DNA of 64,000 bases from Cyanophora paradoxa CCMP329 (Eukaryota; Plantae; Glaucophyta). The notes under the pieces are model-generated. The model saw nothing but the letters and a program-made list of their open reading frames with translations, searched no databases and had not been told where the DNA came from. Below are positions 56,933 through 64,000 of the stretch, piece by piece. Each line of letters starts with the position of its first letter. The stretch's first letter is position 1. The stretch is from the NCBI GenBank assembly GCA_004431415.1, contig QPMI01000022.1, positions 1 to 64,000 of the forward strand, read 5' to 3'. The translations under genes and the position numbers were made by a program.

Positions 56933-59900
56933 TCGGGATTATTTACACCCCAAAGCCCGCTGCGTTTAAAATGCAAAATGCGTCTAAACAAGAGAGTCGA
57001 GAACTGGAGGGCCCGAGGGGGCGCCTAGAGGCGGATCTCGAGGGAGCCTGGGCGGCTGGCGGGGGCGGAGGCGGCGCGGCTGCCGAGGGCGCTGCGCGGG
57101 AGGGGCGTGCGGGCGCCCGGCAGCTGCAGCGGCGCCTCCGTCACCACCACCAGGCCCTCCGGCCCTTCCGCCGCTGCCTGCTCCGGCTCCGCGGGCGGGG
57201 CCGGGCCCTTGGCGCCGGCGTCGACCCAGGCGACGGGGAGGGGCGGGAGCTCGGGCGCCTCCACGTCGACGGGGCCGCCGCGGGGCGCCGCGACGGTCTC
57301 CAGGCCGGGCACGTTGCGCGCCGGCGAGAAGCCAGCCCGCCGCCGGCGCTGGACGGCAACGGCCGTGCCGGCCACCGCCGCCACGAGCGCCGTGCCGCCG
57401 ACCGCCGCCCGATGGCCACGATCGCGTTCTGCGAGAGGCCGGACTGGGACGAGGACGAGGACGAGGAGGAGGCGCCGGCCTGCCCGTTGCCCGAGCCGGT
57501 CGCCGAGGTGGCCTGCGTGGAGCCCGCGCTGCCGCTGCCGGCGGCCGCCGCGTCCGTCGCCGCGGCCGCAGTGCCGGTGCTGGCCGCGACGGGGCTCGAG
57601 GCGGAGAGAGCGGTGGTGGAGGAGCCGTCGGCCGTCACAACTGGGATGTTAGCGCCCGGCGCCGAGAGGCCTGTCACCGCCCCGCCGAAGGTCGACGCGT
57701 CCGCCGCGTCCGCCGGGAGGCTCGCCCCGGCGAGGACCGCCGCAGCGCCCTCCGCGAAGCTCCGCCCGCTCGTGCCCGACACGGCGCCCGCGAGGCCGGC
57801 CGCGAGCTGCGCGAGCGTGAGCGGCCGGGGTCGAAAGTGGGGCGGGGAGGGGGCGGACCTGGGCCGGAGACTGGCCGGAGTTGGCCGTGAGGGAAGCGGA
57901 GATGGACGCCGCGTCGGCGCGCAGGCGGCGGCCGGCGGCCGGCGCCGCGCAGGCCGCGTTCGAGACCGACGCGCAGCTCGTGCCGAGGTCATCGCCGCCC
58001 ATAACTGCCGGCGGCGGTCAGGGGCGCGCACGGGCACAGGGAGAAGGCGGGCGGCGCACAGGAGATGAAGCACTGGAGGAGGCTGCAGCCGTTGGTCACG
58101 CAGCCAGCAGGGGCGGAGGCGGAGGTGGTCTTGGTGGACGCCATGGCCTCGCAGGTGCGGCGGAGGGCGCCGGAAGAGGCCGCCGCCGACGCGAGCGAGA
58201 GCTGGATGTTCAGGGCAGAGACTGCGGGGTTCGATCAGCTCGTTGCCCAGATAAGCACGAGGCGGGGCGGCGCACAGTCGCCGGGGGCGGAGCGGATGAA
58301 GGGCCCGACGGCGGGGAAGACGTAGTAGTCGTCTGCGCGGGCATCGGTCAGAGGCGCGGAAGCACAAAGGCGGCGGGGAGCCGGGGCGCACCAGTGGCGG
58401 CGGGGAACAGGCCGCCGGTCTCGCTGCCGGGCAGGGGGAACTGCGGGGTCGCCACGAAGACGCCGAGCGGCAGCGCCGGAGTGCCGTCCGCGGTGGTGAG
58501 CGCCACGGCCGAGGGCAGGCCGGTGAGGAGCGACACGGGCGTCGCCGGGTCCTTCGAGAGGCGCGCGTTGGTGAGGGAGATCTGCGGTGAAGGTCAGCGG
58601 CTGCCGAGGGGCGAGACCTGACGCGCGGAGGCGCACCCGGACGAAGCGGACGGGGCCGGGGATGAGCGGCATCTCGCGCGGCTGGCGGCGCGGCGGGCGC
58701 GGCTCGGTCCCGTTCATCGGAGGGCGCGCGCCGTCCATCGGGGGCCGCGTCTCGTTCATCGGGCCGTGCTCCGCGGGCGGGCGGGTCTCGTTCATCGGAG
58801 GGCGGGTAGAGTTGCCGCGGGGGCCGTGGGGGCCGCCGAGGCGCATGTGCGGGGGCCGCGGGATCTTCCAGGGCAGCGAGTAGATCATCTGGAAGAGCGG
58901 CTTGGGCGCGCCCGCGGCGCCCTGAGCGCGCTGCTGCTGCGGCTGCTGCGGCTGCTGCTGACCAGACGTGCCCGTCTGCTGCTGGATAGTCGAGCCCTGC
59001 TGGGGCGGCATCCGCTGGCCAGACGTGCCCGTCTGCTGCTGGCTAGTCGAGCCCTGCTGGGGCGGCATCTGCTGACCGGTCGCGCCCTGCTGCTGGGTAG
59101 TCGAGCCCTGTTGAGGCGGCATCCGCTGGCCAGACGTGCCCGTCTGCTGCTGGGTAGTCGAGCCCTGCTGGGGCGGCATCTGCTGACCGGTCGCGCCCGT
59201 CTGCTGCTGGGTAGTCGAGCCCTGCTGAGGCGGCATCCGCTGGCCGGTCGTGCCCGTCTGCTGCTGGCCGGTCGCGCCCTGCTGAGGAGGCATCTGCTGC
59301 CCGGATACGGTTTGCTGGGTCTGCGCGGGGCCCTCTTGGCCGGCGCGGGGCTGGCCCTGCTGCATCCCGGCTTCCTGCTGCATCGTCCTGCGAGCCGGGG
59401 GCGTCCGATGAGCGCTCGAAGAAGCTGGCCGCGGGCGCAGCGGCTCACATGGGGCACGCGCAGATATCGCCCTCCTCCTCCGGGCCGAACTGCGGCTCCC
59501 TGCGGACCGGCAGCCCGTCAGCGAGGGCTCACTCGCGCGGTGAGGGCGCGCAGGGCGCACCGCTCGCGGGGCGGCTGGCCCTCGGGGCGCGACCCGTTGC
59601 GGGGAGGCGGCATCGTGAAGGGCTCCGAGGCGTTCGGCGCCGGGCCGCGCCGGTCCTCGCCCTCGTCCATGCGCGGCGCCTCGCCCTCGCCCATACGCGC
59701 CAGGCGCGGCTCCGAGGCGGTGGCGTTGAAGGGCGGGCGCATGCCGCCGTCGCGCGGGCCGCCCATGCCGCAGTCGCAGGTGCCGTTGCGCACGCGGCTG
59801 CGCGGCGCGTGAGCGGCGATTGATGCGCAGGGCCGGGGCGACGCTCACCCGATGGACACGGCGGGCGCGGGGATGCACTCGGGGGCCGGGGCCGCGGGGT

Positions 59901-61340
59901 CGCAGGCCGGGTCCACGACGAAGGACGACGTGTCGTTGCGCACGGTGCCGTCGGCCGCCACAGTTGCGTTCGCGTACGCGAGGCGCACGCCGGAGAAGTC
60001 GCCGGCCGTCTGCCGCAGCGTCAGCTGGCGAGCACAGCGTCAAAGATGGCACGGGCGGCGTGCCTGGTACACGGTGAGGAGGCCGTCAGCGGCGTCGGGG
60101 GCGTCGAGGGAGAGGACGGCCACGCCGAAGGTGCCCGGCGGGATGCGGATCGGGGAGCCGGACTTGCGCGGGCGGAAGGGGAACGCAGGAGCCGGGGAGG
60201 CGTAGCGGTTCGACAGGTACGCCACGCGGTGCACGCGGCCGGCGCCGCCGAGGACCGCCCGGAAGCCGCGCAGCTCGAAGACGATGGTCAGGTTGTCGCC
60301 GGAGCCGGCGGCGGCCGCGCCCTCCGCGGAAAGCGCAGGCTTGAAGAAGCAGGCGGCGTTCCCATCCTCCGACGAGCCCTGCACGATGCCGGTCCACAGC
60401 GCCGCCGGCGCCTCCCGCTCCAAGTGCTCCTCGGGGACAGTCGCGTTCTCTGCGGGGGCCGGCGGGGGCGGCGGAGGCGGGAGGGTGACGTTCACGGCGC
60501 GGCCGATGAGTTTGTCGCACTCCTGCGCGCAAGGCGGTGAGCCCAGGGCGGGCGCCCAATTCGATCTGGACCGGGCGAGCGCACCTCGGAGACGACAGCG
60601 ACGGAGAGGAAGGCGCCGGAGCTTTCGGAGGACATCGAGGCGAGCACGAGGCCGCGGGACACGGGGCCCTCAAAGAGCACGCCGTGGTGCGTTACTGCGC
60701 GTCTGGGTCAGCGCGCACGGGAAGCGAGGGCGGGTCGGCTCGCACCGGCGGACGCGTAAAGGACCGCAGAGATGAGGACGAGGGCCGCCAGGAGCGGCGC
60801 GCTCGAAGCTCGCGCCATCGAGTGCGCGGGTGTCGAGGACTCGCTGAGCGCTAGCTAAGGACGGGCCGAGGCCGATCAGGGCCTTTGTTTGGCTCTCTTG
60901 CGGGCTGTGGGGATAGCTGGAGCCGCCTTCGGGTGCGTTGCTGCTACGGGAAGCTCGCTTACGACTCTGGAGGCTGAGAGCGAGGAGCTCTTCGAAGAAT
61001 GAGGCCTAGCGGCACAGAGACGAGCTTTTGAGGTTGCGGCCGCCATCTCCACGTCCAGCGAACGAGAATTCAGCGGAGTGCGAAAGTGCATCGTACCCCC
61101 TCACCACGTGTTCGACGCGCCGCGCGCGCTTTGCGCGCTGCAAAATCGGCCCGCGCCGCGCTTCAGCGGCGGCAAGGTCGCGCTTGTCGCCCTCCTGGCA
61201 GCATGAAAAGAGTTCGGAATGCCCGCGAGCACTACGTATACGTATACTCGGTATCATTTCCGAAATTCAAACCGTCGAACTTCGAAATTGAATTTTCGAA
61301 TTCGAACGAGCCTCGCGATCGCGATCGGAGCGCGCGCGCG
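56933..61340 (-). repeat. Inverted segmental duplication, arm 2
   Basis: Diverged inverted copy of 44,988-49,445. Confidence 0.93.
57025..60818 (-). CDS. Paralogue of the Gln-rich membrane glycoprotein (1-nt deletion at ~57,409 in the TM exon)
   Basis: Same exon structure, ends SLEIRL; has GGG where arm 1 has GGGG. Confidence 0.7.
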
Positions 61341-61776
61341 CCCGGCCCCGAGCCTGGCCGGCGCTGCACGTCCCCTGCAGCTGCCGGCGCCCCCCGGCAC
61401 GTGCACCGCACGTCCCTGGCCCCCGCGCGCGCGCGCCCGGCCCGAGCCTGGCCGGCGCTGCACGTCCCCTGCAGCTGCCGGCGCCCCCGGCACGTGCACC
61501 GCACGTCCTGGCCCCTGCCCCCCTGCCCCAGCCCCTGCCCCCACGTCCCCCTAGGCCTAGGCCTGGCCCCGAGCCTGGCCGGCGCCCCGGCCCGTTGCTG
61601 GCGAAAGCGCTTTCCGCGGATCGAATTCCGGAGTTCGAAATTCAAGATTTTGATCATATGCATGGTCGTGAAACTATACAATTTTGATTCAAAGCAATTG
61701 CAAGTGCGTGTCAAAAGCAATCATTTGAGTCGCCGGCGCCGGCGCCACGCGCCAGCCTCGCCGAGTCGGCGAGCGC

Positions 61777-63640
61777 CTAGCTATAGGCGAGGTTGTCGAA
61801 GATGGGCCGCATGCCGGTGAAGGCCCGCCGGCAGATCGGGCACGGATCCCCGGACGCCTGCAGCGTGTGCACGCACGGCAGGCACAAGACGTGGAGGCAG
61901 GGCTGCAGCGCCCGCCGCTGCGCCAGGCCCTTCGCCTTCAGGCACACCGCGCACTCGAATGTCCGGGCCGCCGCCGCCGCCGCCGCCGCGCGCCGCTCGG
62001 CCTCCTGCACCCGCGCCTCCGCCCGTGCTCGCTCGGCCCCCGCCCGCTGCGCCACCGCCGCTGCCTCCTCCTCCGGATCCGGATCCGGTCCGAGCGACTC
62101 GCGCCACTGCTGAATCTCCGCCTCCTGTACCCGCGCCACCGCCCGTGCTCGCTCGGCCCCCGCCCGCTGCGCCACCGCCGCTGCCTCCTCCTCCGGATCC
62201 GGATCCGGTCCGAGCGACTCGCGCCACTGCTGAATCTCCGCCTCCTGTACCCGCGCCTCCGCCCGTGCTCGCTCGGCCCCCGCCCGCTGCGCCACCGCCG
62301 CTGCCTCCTCCTCCGGATCCGGATCCGGTCCGAGCGACTCGCGCCACTGCTGAATCTCCGCCTCCTGTACCCGCGCCTCCGCCCGTGCTCGCTCGGCCCC
62401 CGCCCGCTGCGCCACCGCCGCTGCCTCCTCCTCCGGATCCGGATCTGGTCCGAGCGACTCGCGCCACTGCTGAATCTCCGCCTCCTGTACCCGCGCCTCC
62501 GCCCGTGCTCGCTCGGCCCCCGCCCGCTGCGCCACCGCCGCTGCCTCCTCCTCCGGATCCGGATCCGGTCCGAGCGACTCGCGCCACTGCTGAATCTCCG
62601 CCTCCTGCAGCCGCGCCTCCGCCCGTGCTCGCTCGGCCCCCGCCCGCTGCGCCACCGCCGCTGCCTCCTCCTCCGGATCCGGATCTGGTCCGAGCGACTC
62701 GCGCCACTGCTGAATCTCCGCCTCCTGTACCCGCGCCTCCGCCCGTGCTCGCTCGGCCCCCGCCCGCTGCTCCACCGCCGCTGCCTCCTCCTCCGGATCC
62801 GGATCTGGTCCGAGCGAATCGCGCCACTGCTGAATCTCCGCCTCCTGCAGCTGCGCCTCCGCCTGCACCCGCTCGGCCGCCGCCCGCTGCTCCACCGCCG
62901 CCGCCCGCTGCTCCGCGGCCGCCGCGCGCTGCTCCGCGGCCGCCGCGCGCTGCACCGCTGCCGCTGCCCGTTGCTCGGAAGCTGCCACCCGCTGCTCCGT
63001 GTTCTTGGCCAGCTGCTCCGCTGTGCGGAGCACACCCCTCAGCTCCGCCGGACGCCTCTCCTCGGTCGAGGCGCGCGCCTCCGCCGCCACTGGCGCCTCC
63101 GCCGCGTTCTCCTCCTGCAGCCCGGGCGGGTGCGGCAGCGCCACTGGTGCCGCCGCCAACGCCGCCGGCGCCTCCTCCTCCTCGCCGGCCGTAAACGTTA
63201 ACGGGCGCCCACCTCGCCCGCGGCCGCCGCCGCGGCCGCGGCCGCGCCCGCGCCCGTGGGCGCTCTCCCGGCTCTCCTGGGCGAACGAGGAGGAGGCGGG
63301 GGCCGGGGCGTCGATGCCCTCCAGCAAGCCGGGACGCCGGCCCCGGCCCCGGCCCGGTGGACGCCCCCTGGCCCCGGCCCTGCCCCCAGCCCCGGCCCTC
63401 CCGCGGCCGCGGCCGCGCCCGCGGGCGCCGGTCCCGCGGGCGACGTCCTCGTCAGAGGACGTCTTCTCCTCGTCGGAGGAGGACGCCTCCTCCTCCTCCT
63501 CGTAGGCGAACGCCCAAGGGCGCCCGCCCCGTTCCCGCCCGCCGCGGCCCCGCCCGCGCCCGCGCCCGCGCCCGCGTCCACGGCTGCTCTCCGGGGTGGA
63601 GGAAGAGGAGGCCGAGGCTGGGGGGTCCTCCTCGGCGGAG

Positions 63641-63676
<36 letters not shown>

Positions 63677-64000
63677 TCGGCCGCGGGCTGGACGGTGATC
63701 GTCTTGAACTCGCGGCTGCAGATCTTGAGGATCTCCTGCGCGCCCGCCCGGCCCCGCGTGAGAGGCGGCGCGTGCGCGGCGCGACGCGGGGAGCGTGCTC
63801 GCCTCCAGCGCCACGTTGCAGTTGAGGTACCGCTCGCCGCGCACGTCGTCCGTGCACCCGTAAGCCAACCCGTCGACCCTGCAGCAGCGCGACAAGGCCC
63901 CGTCACGCGCGCGCGCCCGCCCGGTGCGATCCGCTCGGGCGGGCGCACTTCATGACCACGTCCGACGAGGCCAAGTAGCGTATCGGCTTGAAGAAGAAAT
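61777..64000 (-). CDS. RING-HC finger protein with 40-aa repeats (5' end beyond window)
   Basis: C-terminal CAVC...PCLHVLCLPC...CPICR; RG-rich tracts; introns near 63,740-63,800 and ~63,880. Confidence 0.82.
62001..62900 (-). repeat. Coding 120-bp tandem repeat x7 (AVAQRAGAERARAEARVQEAEIQQWRESLGPDPDPEEEAA)
   Basis: Exact 120-nt period visible from line to line. Confidence 0.97.

Noticed and set aside
61343-61590. Two and a half copies of a ~95-bp GC-rich unit as a MITE
   Set aside because: Direct tandem copies with no TIR or TSD.
61781-63201. Gly-rich, Pro-rich and Arg-rich ORFs over the 120-bp repeat
   Set aside because: Alternative-frame shadows of the RING gene.
23100-64000. Hundreds of overlapping ORFs in the GC-rich region
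   Set aside because: Expected from stop-codon scarcity at high GC; only spliced models with recognisable motifs were kept.
1-64000. rRNA or tRNA genes
   Set aside because: None recognised by eye; a covariance-model scan was not possible.

Overview
Eukaryotic (algal/protist) genomic DNA in two compartments. (1) About 1-22,867 is a visibly AT-richer, intronless, gene-dense endogenous Polinton-like virus (PLV/Maverick-type), cut off by the left edge of the window. It carries a DUF5710-like gene, a retroviral-type integrase whose third catalytic position reads N rather than E, a ~1,400-codon PolB + SF1 helicase + HNH fusion, an A32/FtsK packaging ATPase, a double-jelly-roll major capsid protein, two back-to-back penton paralogues, a patatin-discoidin lipase and two giant fibre/adhesin genes (one with a C-terminal membrane anchor, one with His-x-His repeats and two LamG-like domains). 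A shared upstream motif (TATTTTCTCCG) and subterminal repeats are visible. Many viral genes are split by 1-nt deletions that look like long-read errors. (2) About 22,870-64,000 is very GC-rich, intron-dense host DNA with frequent GC-AG introns, micro-exons and a plastid-transit-like peptide. The most unusual host gene (about 34,200-41,779, minus strand) splices into a signal peptide + beta-propeller-like/TSP3-like Ca2+-binding ectodomain + extra TM helix fused to a complete 6-TM voltage-gated K+ channel (TTVGYGD). Also present are a YjbQ gene in a 1.8-kb tandem duplication, inverted F-box gene copies, a ~4.4-kb inverted duplication of a Gln-rich membrane-protein gene flanking a kinesin-14, and a RING gene with 120-bp repeats. 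All family calls come from motif reading by eye; no database search was run.
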